This document shows positions 1 through 13,330 of a stretch of 64,000 nt of DNA, piece after piece. Below the pieces are notes generated by a model. That model made no database searches. It saw only the letters and a program-made list of their open reading frames with translations, and was not told the origin of the DNA. Each line of letters starts with the position of its first letter. The first letter of the stretch is position 1. The stretch covers positions 9,403,859 through 9,467,858 of the forward strand of contig NC_134036.1 of the NCBI RefSeq assembly GCF_964204645.1. The letters run 5' to 3'. Origin of the DNA: Tubulanus polymorphus. Its lineage: Eukaryota; Animalia; Nemertea. The position numbers and the translations under genes are program-made.

Positions 1-1434
1 AATGTGAAAACGACGAAATTGTCAACAAGAAAATTAATTTTGACGCCTGCGTAAAGATGTAGAATTTCTGGGATAATCTAATGTGGAATTGCAAATTTGA
101 AATCGAATTTTAAGAAATTTGGGCAATTATGAGATTTGGCGATTGGGTAGATGATACAGGTCTTGGACTGTACTGAGTAGTGGTTTGATTTTTTTATTGA
201 AAATTGTCAATACAACTTCATTGCCTCAATGGTTGAAGAAAGAGCTCTACTGATGTCTGCTTCATCATGACTTTGAGCATACCGTGTGGCCTAGCCAGCC
301 GGCCCGGTCCCGCGGGCCCGGTTTGGCTGTCACTCGATATCTTATCTTGAGTCTGGGTTGAAGTAGACATTGTCATTTGAAATAAATTGTTTATGTTATT
401 CTGTATGAATTACACGTGTGTCTTGTATGTTGTATTTTCTTATTTTAAAATTTGTAACTTTATTAAATTTGGGAATTTTATCCCGGAATTTCAATATAAT
501 AAGGATCAATAAAGAATTGAATTGAATTGTCACCTAATACACATGCCATTAGAGGACGCGGGGCCGTATATGACAGCTATGCTATTATACATTGCTAATC
601 TCATGAATCCTACATACCCCTAATATCGAACATATTTTCTAAAACATTTGAATATTTAAATTATATGTTTACACATTTTTATATAGACCGCTTGTAGCCG
701 CTGATGAAATTCACGCCGGCTCTATACAGATTGTAGATAGCTTCATCATTCCAACAGCAACCCCATGTCAGGGTCTGACTTTTATATTAGACTCCCGTAT
801 CGTATATACATCCGCCATTTAACCGAATAATCCGATTTACTTATCATTTCTATTTATGCCTGCCGCTTCTGATATGATCATACATCCTTTACTATTACAA
901 TACGTCTTCTAATGATATTCAATGCAATATAACATTTCCACGTTCAAATAGAGCTCATTATATAATCACAGGAATCCATTCTACATCTGTGTCAATAATA
1001 TTTTGCCAGATAGCTTGTACGTGTACACATAGACCTGTGACGTTTTGCACATCGATTTACGGTTGTCGTTTGTAAAATGACGCTGAATGGTTAACATTGT
1101 TTAGGTTTTATAATGGTAATGTTTTATAAGGCGTCAAAAAATTGACAATTTCGTCGTATTTCAATTCAAACTTTAGCAGAAAGAATGGCCATTTCGTAAT
1201 TTCTTTACGTATTTCGTTTTGGACTTCACATACGTAATCTTAAAATGGTTAATGAAAGCCACAATAAATGGCTGTCGGAATCAAGTGATGTTTTTATTGA
1301 GTATTCGTGGTTTACTTCCAAAGCTATTGTAGATAAGAAAACATATGTGCAATATGCCAACGATAAGTTTATGAAACTGCCATCGGGGGACAATGAAAGC
1401 ACTATTTTTTCAGTACCCTCAAAGCAATTTTGAC

Positions 1435-1640
1435 AATACTTGTTACATCACCACGTCTTACGTAGTAGCCCTTATGGCTCTACATATCCAAGATATGTTG
1501 ATACTACGTTGTGCTCCTTTTAAATAGCCATATGTTATCAACTGATGGGATTGATTTCGATGAAATCTTGTTACACTTTCCGGTGCAACATTGAAGCCAG
1601 TCAGGCAGTAACCCGTTATCGCTGCTTTGCAGCTACATTT
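1435..1640 (+). mobile_element. 3' fragment of Helentron-associated non-autonomous element (HINE)
   Basis: Ends in GGCAGTAACCCGTTATCGCTGCTTTGCAGCTACATTT, the same sub-TIR + GCTGC/GCAGC hairpin terminus as at 20217-20251 and 27031-27067; upstream cgtagtagc..catatcca block also shared. Confidence 0.6.
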
Positions 1641-2400
1641 TGTTAATTCATTTTTCTTTTTACCTAATTCAACATTCTGCTCCTCTGTGAAATAAATGCT
1701 GGATCCGCAGAAGCAAAAGTGCCAGATTTTTTAAAATTGAAAATTCGATTCAATTTTCAATTTCATTTTTGATGACTGGCACAATAACTCATAGATCATA
1801 TAGCAACAATTAAAACGAAATTGTTACAATGTGCGTTAGACACTGGCCCGGTAGATTAAAACTTACCGTCGTAAGTCTGCGCTGCCCTGCATAACATCAC
1901 TAACGGCAGAATGGCCACCAGCTTTATGAAATAATGCATCTGGAAGAGAACAAAATTAATAAGACTTTGGTTAAAACAATCAATCTTAACCTTTTGAATG
2001 GGGTATCCCTATTTTGGGTGTGACAAAATTCATTTTGGAGAAACTGGTGATTTAAAAAACTAGAATTTCAGAATACACACACGATATAACAAATCAAATA
2101 TCCGGCTATTGGCGTAGCCAATCTTGTTTGGAACACTGGTTATTGCTTTGAATGAAGCCAAAATTATTCATACTACTAGCAATTACACTAAACGCTACTT
2201 ATTTGAGTCTGTCCATAATTACCCGTCGCTCAGATATTAGCAACTATTCAAATAATGGCTTTTATCCGCATAAATCACGTGTTTCTAAGTATATTATTTC
2301 ACGCCTAGCCAAACACTAGTCACTTACTCACTCACTCATTTACTCAATCAATCGGTTCCCCTTTAATGTGTATCACTCGTTTTTCGTCATAATCTCAAAC

Positions 2401-2437
2401 CTGACGATGATATATTGGGTGAGATCGAAACGTCGTA
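2401..2437 (+). ncRNA. Minimal hammerhead-ribozyme-like motif (Penelope-like element type)
   Basis: CTGACGA-T-GAT..ATC-GAAAC-GTC-GTA: core boxes plus a 3-bp stem II; stem I poorly supported. Confidence 0.35.
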
Positions 2438-4337
2438 TCTGTTATGCTACATGAATAGATAACTGTTTTCAATTTTAAAATTCTTTTGGTTAGGACATAG
2501 TACGTTTTTATCTTATTAAACGCATTAGTCCCCAAATACAAAGTTCGTAATCGACCATTTTAGTTTTAAAAAGTATTTGAAAATTATGATCTGAATTTCT
2601 GCAATCATTCAGATATCTAAAATCCCCATATTTCGCAACTGAAATGCGTTAAAACATCCGTAACCATACAGTCAAAAAGATGCAAAGCTAAACTCGCAGA
2701 AAATTCAGTTAGTATAACTAAGACAAATAAACATAGCTTTATCAGCCTGTGATGGTATGAAATTTGTACGTGTAGAATTAAAACTCCTAATTCTGGGATT
2801 TTTCCATTTATAGAAAAATGCTGAGGGACTTTAAAAGTTTATCTTATGAACGAACATATTGCTTTTGGATCCCAAATTGAATGCGTAGGTGTACACCTCA
2901 GCAGTGAATATTTTAAATGATTTCGTCCGCGCACAAAGGTGTCTATACCGAATCTAGAAAAAAGGATTCCGGCTGAAAGTTAACGCAGCATTTTACACGC
3001 TGTGTTGATTTTAGCAAAAGGAGTGTCTGCGGATTGGGCAGAAAATACAAGTTATTAATCACATACCTTGTTATGGTTTTTGTTGAATTACAAGATTATT
3101 TGCGTCGTCGTCAAAGTCGTGTCACCAATTGCAATCGTATTAGCCCAAAAGCAGTTTCTAAATTCGAAGAACCGCTTAGTATAAATAGCGCTGACAAACA
3201 GATGGGAAAAAGTCATTGTGTTACACGAAACGCCTAGAATTGATGAATAGAAAATACTGTTAAACAGCTGTTGGGAACCAGTCATTGTCTTTTTGAAGAA
3301 TGCAGATAGGACCTCTTTGTCGACCTCTTTGTCTGGGAATTGCTGATTTTACAGATTCTTGGATTAATTTTCTAAGGTGTCTGTACCATGCTCTCGCATT
3401 AAAGGTTGCCACACAAAACGCGAAGAATTTATGAATGCAAACAATGATGAACAGGTGGTGGGATTCAGTCATTGTAACATAGAAGAATAGGAGAGGACCT
3501 GTATTTCAGGGAGTTGCAGATTTTACAGATTACTATGCAAACAACAATGAACAGGTGGTGGGATTCAGCCGTTGTGTTAGTTTGTAGTGCTGATAGGACT
3601 TGATAGTATTTCTCAGCGTTGCAAATTCTAAAAATAGAATAGGCTTCATTGTGGAAACACAATACCCGCTGCCAAAGAAAAATTGAAAACAAAAAACATA
3701 ATCATAAAATCACATGCTAGTTATACAATTAAACTCAGTGAGGCGAAAAAGGGATATACCCGGAATGTAGGTAGCAATTCCCTGTTAAATATCCCTGGGG
3801 AATGTAAAATTCCTCCCAAGTTCAGTTGTATATCAAACTTAAGTTTAGAACCCAGATAAAAACAGATAAAAACAGATGATATTACTTTTAAACTAGATTT
3901 CTTCGAAGATATCTTCTAAAATACTAAGATCACACGAATTTTATGAATGTTGCTTGCTTCTAAAAGAATAATGAAGAATAATGTCATTTTGATGCACGTA
4001 GCGTGGTAAAGTCACAGATTATCCAAAGTGATTATTGTGAAATCACATCAATTAATTATGTAGGGAAACCATAAAGTTTTTAAAAACATAAGAATAATGG
4101 AGTATTTTATTGTAAAATTGATACATAGTATCCACGGATCATCCACGGATCAATCGATCATTAACGAAATAATGGACCAAAAGGTCGCACGAGAGCAGGT
4201 GTGAGAGACAGTAGCATAAATCTATATTATTATAGATCTACTGTAAGTCTATGCTGACCTGATCGGTTCTCAATTTATAAGAGAAATCTATGAATTCATT
4301 TGTTTGCATGTCGTTGTCGGTCGTGGTAGTTGTAAGT

Positions 4338-6600
4338 ACAGGAAGGGCCATACATTGGATTTAGTGATCACCCGCCTTTCTGAAGATTCATTTGTTCGAT
4401 CTATCAATGCTGCTGATATTGGACTTTCCGATCATTTTCCAGTTAGCTTTACTGTCAACATCTCACGTCCGTGTGCTTTAACTAAAATTATATCTTACAG
4501 AAAACTTAGAAATATCAATGTCTGTGAATTCAGTGAGTCGTTCAAGAGTAGAGTAGATATGTTAAATTTACGCGATCCCCGCGTCATGGCCTTGGAGCTA
4601 GACGCCGCTCTGACCTCTTCACTGGACGAACATGCCCCTGTTGTTACAAAGCCAATTATACTTCGTCCCCACGCTCCTTGGTTTAATGATGACATTCGCA
4701 TAGCTAAAAAGCTACGCCGTAAATTGTAAAAGCAATGGCGTGCAACTAAACTTTCAATTCATAGAGAAATGTTCCTTACTCAGAGAAATGTTGTAAATTG
4801 TCTCATCTTATCAGCTAAAAACAGCATTTAGCTGATAAGATAAATAGTAATTATAACAATCCTAAGAGGTTGTCTGAAATTATAGATAACCTCCTAAACC
4901 GCAAATGTACTACTCATTTACCATCGTGTTCCTCCAAGACTGTACTCGCCAACAACTTTGCTAATTTCTTTCAAGCAAAGATAACCAACATCAGATTATC
5001 CTAGTCCTTCCACTACATTCTTGGACGAACCCGAATTCAATGGTATTCACTTGGATGAATTTAAGTTGGTTACAGAGGCTGAGCTGGCCAAATTTATAAT
5101 GCAGTCTCCTTCTAAGCATTGTAAACTCGATGCCAATCCTACAGGGCTGTTAAAAGCAGCTCTACCTTACCTCATTCCGTTTTTTACTGTTATGATTAAC
5201 AAATGTCTCGAGTCCGGTGTTTTTCCGGACTCTTATAAAGTTGCATATATTCAACCACTTTAAAAAAAACCTAGTCTTGATGTTGAATGTCTCAAGAATT
5301 ACCGACCAGTGTCTACCCTGCATTTCATATCTATTGACCAGGGTATGGTAGTTGGGCTGGTTATGCTCGATTTGAGCGCCGCCTTCGACACTATTGACCA
5401 TGATACTCTACTCGTGTTAAACACCGAATTGGTCTGTCAGGTACTTGCTACCGATGGTTAGAATCTTACCTTACTGATTGCTATCAAACTGTTTGTATAG
5501 GCGACTCCAAGTCTGAACCATGTTTACTCAAATTTGGTGTACCGCAGGGGTCTGTTTTAGGTCCACCGCTGTACACCATTTACGTTCTTCCTATTGGCGA
5601 TATCATAAGGAAATTCAATTTAGATTTTCATTTTTATGCAGATGATTCACAGTTGTATATCAGGATAAAACCAAAAGTTAACGAATTGGTGTCCAAAAAT
5701 ACACTCCAACTTTGCTATACTGAACTTAAACATTGGATGGATTTAAACTTTCTTCAGGCAAACGGTGACAAAACCGAGTTCTCCCTAATTGGCTCTCCAT
5801 CACAGCTTACTAAGCTTCGCACATTTGATCTCAATCTTGATGATGCTGTAATTACCTCATCTTACTCCTTACGTAATCTCGGCGTCATTTTTGATCAGAA
5901 CATGTCCATGGTAAAACATGTAAACCACTTATGCTCTGTAGCTTTCTATCACCTTAGAAACATTAGTATGATCAGGCAGTTTTTGAATCAAGGAATTGCT
6001 GAACGCCTTATTCACACTTTTGTGACAACTCGCCTTGACTATTGCAACTCTTTACTCTTTGGCCTCCCTGACACATTTTAGATAAATTACAACGTGTTCA
6101 AAATTCTGCTGCCCGGATCCTGACTCGAAACTCGAAAATTTTGTCACATAACACCGATTCTACACGATCTGCATTGGCTTCCAATCAAATACCGCATCCA
6201 ATTTAAAATCTTGATCCTTACTTATAAATCCTTGAATGGTCAGGCCCCACAATATTTGAAATCAGTAGTGCAATACAAGGCATCCTCTAGAGTGTTAAGA
6301 TCAAACAGTCAATCACTTCTAGTCATCCCTCGTGTCAATCTAGTCTCTGCGGGTCACAGGGCCTTTTCTTACTCCGCCCCACTACTTTGGAACTCCTTAC
6401 CAGATGCAATTAAATCTAGTCCTTCTAATGATGTTTTTAAATCGCAACTTAAAAACCCATTTGTTCACTAAAGCTTTTAACTAATGGTGTAAATTGTTTT
6501 TTCTATCCTTATGATTAAATTGTGTCTTTATATTGTAAAGCCAATGAGCATATTTTATATGGATTTTAGGCTCAATAAATTATTATTAAATTATTATTAA
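4338..6600 (+). mobile_element. 5'-truncated, frameshifted L2/CR1-group LINE (AP endonuclease C-terminus + reverse transcriptase)
   Basis: GHTLDLVITR..SDHF (APE end), APWFND, LDLSAAFDTIDH, GVPQGSVLGP (~5535), YADD (~5635), RLDYCNSLL, LHWLPIKYRI, RAFSYSAPLLWNSLP; AATAAA and (TTA)n-like tail at 6574-6600; possible TSD GTAAGT (4332-4337/6601-6606). Confidence 0.92.
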
Positions 6601-6880
6601 GTAAGTTGGTAGGACCATATAACTAACAGCGAACGGGAAGGCCAACTTATTTCTAAATTCATTTGCAATTTGGTTAAACTTTAATGTTCTATGTGTTCCC
6701 TTTTTCTCCTCCTCCTTGTTTTGTTACAAGTTACTCAATTATTGTCACTCTCTCAACTTTGAATCACCTGTGTTTTAGTTAAATACACCTTAGCTTAATT
6801 CGCTTAGCTTAACTATTTTGTCTTTATGTTCTGGCTGGAATATATGAATAATTCTACTTCTTATGCATTCTTCAATATTC

Positions 6881-6916
6881 CTGAAGATGACAATTAGGTT
6901 AGAGTCGAAACGTCGA
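6881..6916 (+). ncRNA. Second minimal hammerhead-like motif in probable Penelope-like 3' remnant
   Basis: CTGAAGA-T-GAC..GTC-GAAACGTCG followed by AATAAA. Confidence 0.35.
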
Positions 6917-7094
6917 ATGAATAAAAACACATCAGCTATATAGGAAACATTTTTCGGACTTCATCTTTCGTTTTATCGGTGTGGGATTCTCTACTTTATC
7001 GTTACAACACGGAATAGTGTTTCTTAAATGGTCATCTAGAGACCATTTCTGAGTATTCATTGTGATGCGTACGATGGAGTTTACACAGTGTAAA

Positions 7095-7862
7095 GGCTGG
7101 CTTATGTCGACAAGCAACGCGACGCCTACCGACTCCTACCGACGCAACTGAGAGTAACCGCGATCGCAGCCCAGCTTATGTCGACTGCGCTCCGATTCGC
7201 AGCAACTGAGGTCGACTATCGGGATACGAGATCCTTCCAGTTGCTTCCCTGCTTATGTCGGTTACGATTACTGGCAACTGCAACGGCTCAGATTGTCACG
7301 TGATAAGCATTTTGAGGATAAATTAGATTTATTTTGAATGATTGGAAAATATGTTTCTATTAGAAAAGCTATCTCTTTAAGATCTTTATCTTTCTGATTC
7401 TGTTTTGAATACAATGTGCATCATATAAACATGGCCGCTCACACCATAATCTTACCAATTTCGCTTCTAGATCTTCGGTCCAGTCATCTGACATGCTGTA
7501 GGTTTGGTTTACGTTTCGAAATCCTTAAATTTGAAAGTTTATGACTAATTACGAATGACGCTAACTAGCGGTCATAATTTCTACTATGTATATACGGTCT
7601 CTAATTGGCTGGAACCCTTGCGCTCAGTTCCGTCGCGTCGCGGATGAGCTTATGTCGGTTGCAACTGTCCGCCTACCGTAGGCCGGAGAAGAACATGGGC
7701 AACTAGCCGGATACGGCTTGCGACGAGTCGGTAGGCGTCGGGTTGCCGTCGCAAGCCGGCTTATGTCGAACCGATAGAGCTGCAACTGGCGGCCTCTCGT
7801 TGCAGCTAATCGGCGATAAACCCAGTTGCGTCGGTAGGCGTCCTGTTGCTTGTCGACATAAG
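7095..7862. mobile_element. MITE (PIF/Harbinger-like), non-autonomous DNA transposon
   Basis: Inverted ends CTTATGTCGACAAGCAAC..GACGCCTACCGAC / GTCGGTAGGCGTC..GTTGCTTGTCGACATAAG; internal GCTTATGTCG..GCAACTG subterminal repeats; superfamily is inferred. Confidence 0.75.
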
Positions 7863-8294
7863 ATAATTGCTCGTAGGTAAGTGTAATTGGGATAACTCAG
7901 CAATATAATGACCGCCCTACTCCGCTGCCGATAAACAAGTTAGACTGTATTGCTTCGATGCTTTGACAATCTGACTCCTAAGCAAGATGACCTTCCAAAT
8001 CAAATGTATATTAAGAAAGAAAACAAAAAAAAACAAACAAAAATAATTGATTATAAAAAATGCATTAATTGTTGTTTTACAATAATTCAATTTCAAAATA
8101 AGGACAGAAAAAAAGAGTGAACAATAAGTGTGGTTGCCTTGCATCTTTTCCCGGAAAAATTTCTAGCCACCACCTGCCTCGACGTAAGACTTTACCAAGT
8201 TCATGCAACTGCCGCCAGGGGACATTGAAAGCACCATATATTCGGTTAAGCCATTTTGAATAGACTTAGTACATCAGTACATTTTATGTGGTAG

Positions 8295-10184
8295 TATCAT
8301 GCAGAAAATTTCTTTGTTTTCATTTAGATTTTTATCGGAGTATATATTAACGTTTTCTGTGGATGTAAAATTGTTTAATAATGCTAAATATAATTCTCTT
8401 GTAAATCAATCAGCCTGATATTGATATGTGAAAATGGGCATCAACATCGATGAGTTGTTTGTGTTAATTGGATTAGGTAATTAGTTGTGCTCAAAAGTAA
8501 TATCAGTGTCAAAACATGTCAGCAGTACTCATACAGTAGTACTCTCTCCATGATATATAAACAAAAATATTCTTAAGCACACAGTTTTCTAGTTGGAGTT
8601 GTAAGATAGAAGTTGAAAATAAATCATCTAAATTCAAGATCACGACGTTATTTCGATGATGAGATAAGGACAAGATATTCACGTCATGACATTGGTGGAG
8701 AACCCGTGGGCAGTTGTAAAACTGTAACTGCCCGATCCCATACCTCTCGAAGCTAGAAGTTGCCCAAGTCAGGAAGATGTACCAATCACGTCAGAATAGC
8801 GGTTTCAACTGTTTATATATCAATGGTAGAAGAACTTTCAGGAAAAAGAAGTGCTTCTCATGTGGATTTAGAGTCTGGGATATATGGTATTGGTATTGGT
8901 TTTCTCAAGGCGTGGACTGTACCAGGAAGTCAAAATTTCCGTTACAAAATTGTGTTGTTAATTGCGAACAAAATCGGACTATTTTTCCTGTTTCGAAATG
9001 TGATGCGGCAAACCAGACAAGTGAAGTTATAAAATTTGATAAAGAAATAATGTGCCAGTCGGAGGTTCCAAATATTAGTGTTCAGACATTGCCGGTTAAA
9101 GATTTCCAAAAGATTAAACATAAAGCGGTTATGTGTGACATTGAATGCGATTGTAAATTAAAGAATTGGGAACTGTAGGAACTTTAAGAAAATCAGTCGG
9201 TTTTGGAAAAGAAGTTACTCGATCAACAAAGTCAATGAAAATTTGTGCAGCAACAATTGGATAAAGCGGAAGCTGAGTTGAATTGTTACAAATCTAAGGA
9301 AGTTCAATGTGCACAACCATGTAAAACAACCTCTGAATCAGACTAAGACTCCGACCTAGAGGGATTCTCGCGTTTTGAACTTATGAATGAGTGTAATATG
9401 TTTCCAGTGTTCAAACCAAAAACTTACAAAATATTCGAGATATTTATGTTGCGGTGAATTTGAAGCCATTTTCAGAAGACACTGTTTCTGATCTTAGAAA
9501 TGAGTATGAAATCATTTTTTCAGAATGTGAATTTGAGTTCCTGAGGGAAATGCTAACATCTCTGTTGATTTCTGATGCGCTTACAGAGTTATCAGTGCAA
9601 TTCGGAATTCATTCCTCTGCATTCGTCGTTCATATCTATTAACGGAGGAACTCGCAATTCGTTTTTTACCGAAAAATCAAAACCGTAAAATTTTCTTGGA
9701 GTACGACGTGAAACGATACAGAAAAATAATCCAATAATATTCGTTTTGATGATACAAGACTTAAATATTAAACTCTTAGTGAGAAGTTCTGCCGCAACTT
9801 TTGGGGCAAAAGTTTTCGACGGAGGGAGGTGTATCATTCAGTACATTTCTTTGTTTTAATTTAGATTTTTATCGGAGTGTATATTAACGTTTCTTGTGGG
9901 TGCAATATTGTTTAATAATGCTTAATATAATTCTCTTGTAAATTAATCACCCCGATATTGATATGTGAAAAGGGACATCAACATCGATGAGTTGTTTGTA
10001 TTAATTGGATTAGGTAATTAGTTGTGCTCAAAAGTAATATCAGTGTCAAAACATGTCAGCAGTACTCGTACAGTAGTACTCTCTCCATTATATATAAACG
10101 AAAATATTGTTAAGCAGACAGTTTTCTAGTTGGAGTTGAAGGATAGAAGTTGAAAGTAAATCATCTAAATTCCAGATCATGACA
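8295..10184 (+). mobile_element. Non-autonomous LTR retroelement (Gypsy-like), 1.9 kb
   Basis: Direct repeats 8295-8691 and 9832-10184 (TATCAT...ATGACA); PBS TGGTGGAGAACCCG at 8693; PPT GGAGGGAGG at 9821; 4-bp TSD GTAG (8291-8294/10185-10188); interior has only decayed ORFs (CFSCG knuckle-like). Confidence 0.85.
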
Positions 10185-10194
10185 GTAGCCCTCG

Positions 10195-10780
10195 ACTACT
10201 AAGCGTATGAATGGATTTCTATAAAAATTGATACCCATGTACCTGGTTACTAAATACAACAAACCCCGCACATAATTAGTTCCTATTTTAACAACTAGGG
10301 GGCGATAATTTTGAAAACTTATTTCAGCATCCTGTTTATAATGAAAATCACATAACTTGGTATAAGTACATAGACACGTGTCTAGTTTGCCAACCTGCAT
10401 GATTAGTTCATACAACTGCCACCAGAGGACTGTGAAAACAACAAAATTCGCTCGTTGGCGGTAGAATCGTGGTTGCAGTTAATGGTCAGTAGGCCTTTAA
10501 AAGATACTTGTATTGATGTATGGTTTAGGTAGGTATATGGTTCTCCAGTAGCGCCACCTACGAGTTGCTGAAATGCATTTTTTATAGCTAATAAGCGGAT
10601 AAAGGGATTTCTATGGAAATTGATTAACACGTACCATGATGTAAATTACAACGAATCCCTCACACAATTAGTTCCTATTCTCATCACTAGGGGCGTAAAT
10701 TTTTAAAACTCATTCTAGCATCCGTCATCGAGTGTAATTCAACCATTTCAATATAGATATCACAAAACCTGGTATGAGTG
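10195..10780. repeat. Degenerate internal direct repeats, probably transposon-derived
   Basis: ~130-bp blocks near 10200-10335 and 10590-10725 share taagcg..ggatttctat..aattagttcctatt..ctagggg. Confidence 0.5.
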
Positions 10781-11013
10781 AAAAAATGTAAGAAAAGCAA
10801 AAAGATAGATTTATTCAAATGTTTAAACGTACTTTAATTTTTCAATTTGCTGATATTTGTTCATCATATTTAGTTTTAATTTTTTCTAATTTTAGTTTTC
10901 TATGTTTATTTCATGTGAAATATCGGTTGATTTTTTATTTCATATTGTTCATTTTTTGTTGGTTTCATTCCATTATTTATTGACGCTAACAATGCTTTTA
11001 TGTCTCCCATTTT

Positions 11014-11624
11014 GGCCACACCAAAAAAAAATCCTGTTTCTCGGGCGGCGCAATCAACAAAATGGGTAGGTAGGTAGGTCATTTTGTTCTTTTTGTAGAA
11101 AAAAATCGTTTATTCTTCTATCAGTGGTTAGCTTGCCGTAAATAATTTTTACTGGACTAAAATTTTAGTCAGGAATATGATTAACAGCTAGTAGACCATA
11201 ATAATAAAAGGAAATTGAGGTGTTTGTACAATTAACTATGAACAAACTATACATGTATTTATAACATATTTCACATAATTCCTGGAATTTTCAATCCAAG
11301 GTCGCCATCGAATTCCGATTAGCAAAGTTTTCCGAGCATGACTGCACCATTTCCAGAATCAAATTTTAAATCCGATATCATAAAATGTTTTTATGATGTT
11401 GATCTCAGTGCCGACATCACGATTTGGTAAAAAAAGATATCTACGAGAAAGGAGAGTGTGGTGGTCGGTCGGCCACATATATATTTTTGAAAAAAAGTAT
11501 TTCACCCAAAACTTTTAAAAAGGGTCGATAGGCGGTTATATTTTATTCTGATAAGTGATTATTTGAAATGGGGAAATATCGGGTCGGTCGGGCCCGAGAA
11601 ACAGGGTTTACCTTTGGTGTAGCC
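11014..11624. mobile_element. MITE with GGCCACACC-type TIRs
   Basis: GGCCACACCAAA..CCTGTTTCTCGGGC left and GCCCGAGAAACAGG..TTTGGTGTAGCC right; internal GGTCGGTCGG motifs. Confidence 0.75.
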
Positions 11625-12335
11625 TTATGTAGAGAGATATTACTTGTGGTTACGAGTGGTGACGAGTCGCTCTCGCTCTCTGGTATGAAAACGCCATATT
11701 GTAATTACATACTCAAAATCCAAAGGACTAACATACTGATATATACATACGTACAAACATTCATACATAGGAACATGCGTACATGCGTGCACACGTACAC
11801 ACGTACATATATACATATATTTAAAATCCTCCTGTGCAAGTAAAAAGTAAGAGTCGTAGTCGTTCTCGTACATTCCTACAGGACGATTCATAAAATATAT
11901 ATTGTGAACATCGTATTAGTATTACATACCACCAGCTGAGTGTTGTGTTTTTTATCGTGAATATTGTAACAGCTGGTTTTGCACAATAAGGTGAGATGAC
12001 GTTTATGTTATAAATACATTCTTATGAAGCGCAGAAGCGTTGAGGTTGTGTTCAATTCTAATTAAGAAAATAATGCTTAATGGAAGGTAAGCTGCATTAA
12101 GGATCATCAAAGTACAAGAAAATGAAGTAAGTGATAATAATTCATATTGTGTTAAACCACATGATAACATAAAGGAGATTATAGCTCCTATGTTATTTAA
12201 CGAAATAGATAAATATAAAGAATATTATTAAGGGAAAATAATGAAAATATCAATTATGAACAACCAATGAATATTGTGATATTGACACATATATCATATA
12301 AAAATTGGGCAAAGCATTAAAAAAATCAAAGAGAC

Positions 12336-12674
12336 CATCCTCCCCCGGCAGGGATTCGAACCTGATGGCATCGAGATTGCCATGGCACGAAACCCTGCCA
12401 TAATCGACCGTGCGCGCAGATACATGCGCAGTTCAGATGGTGTGATTTTTAGCCAATCAGAAATCCCTTTTTATTTTAGCCCGGGTTTTCCCATTTATAG
12501 TTCTTCCTTGGAATTTGCCGCAACAATTATACAACGAGCAATCTGATTGGTGCCGCCAGTTTTCTTTCGGAAAGCTGCGCATGTACCTGCGCACCCGGTC
12601 TACTGATGCAGGGGTTCGTGCCGTGGCTGAGTGTAGCGATGCCATCAGGTTCGAGTCCCTGCAGAGGGAGGATG
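12336..12674. mobile_element. Palindromic MITE with tRNA-like A/B boxes in both arms
   Basis: CATCCTCCC..GCAGGGATTCGAACCTGATGGCATCG..GCGCAG / CTGCGC..CGATGCCATCAGGTTCGAGTCCCTGC..GGGAGGATG; inner CCAATCAGA / TCTGATTGG. Confidence 0.75.
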
Positions 12675-13134
12675 CAAAGACATGAACGATATATCGACAT
12701 GAACGATATAAAGAATTAGATGAAATAGAAATAAATGAATGTAATGAAAGTATTATGAACAATTGTGATGGTTGTAAATGAAAAAATTATAAATCAAATT
12801 GGTCAAAACATATAAAACATATAAAAACTAAACCACATAAAGATTATCATTCTGATAAATGGTGTGAAAGTGTAAAATAATAATCAATGAAGTTATAGAA
12901 AAAAAAGTTGGTTTCTTTGATAGTTTCCAAACTTCTCACGTCAACCGACCCAACTCTGACCAACCAGTATATTTTAGTCCAAGCACGCACAAACAAGACC
13001 AAGGCTAACATATTTTGTCAACTGTGTGTTCCGTTGTAGGCTATAATCACCTGATACTTTTATGTCGTTTCTTTTCTCCCTGAAGCTGAATTGTCTACAC
13101 CTAGTCGAACGTAATTCTAATAGCCACCCGCGAC

Positions 13135-13330
13135 GCAACGACCTTGATTCAACTTGATCAATACAAAATGTATTTATTGGCGCTTTTGACTACATGAAAA
13201 CAGCAATGAACTTATATAAATAATCGGAATAACAGGAAACCAATAATTCAAAAAAAGTAACAACAAACAAATGCCTGCAAATCTGTCAGACTCGCGAACG
13301 CCGGACTCGTAAACTCTTGGACTTGGACCC
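13135..13330 (+). repeat. Interspersed repeat, second copy at ~18284-18477
   Basis: caacgaccttgatt..aacttgatcaat..ggaataaca..aacaaacaaatgcc..ctcgtaaactct..ggaccc shared by both copies. Confidence 0.7.

Noticed and set aside
200-530. Possible LINE 3' end with AATAAA and (GAATT)n tail
   Set aside because: Too short and decayed to classify
3260-3700. Two similar short minus-strand ORFs (ESHHLFI)
   Set aside because: Local ~170-bp duplication with stops; no identifiable product
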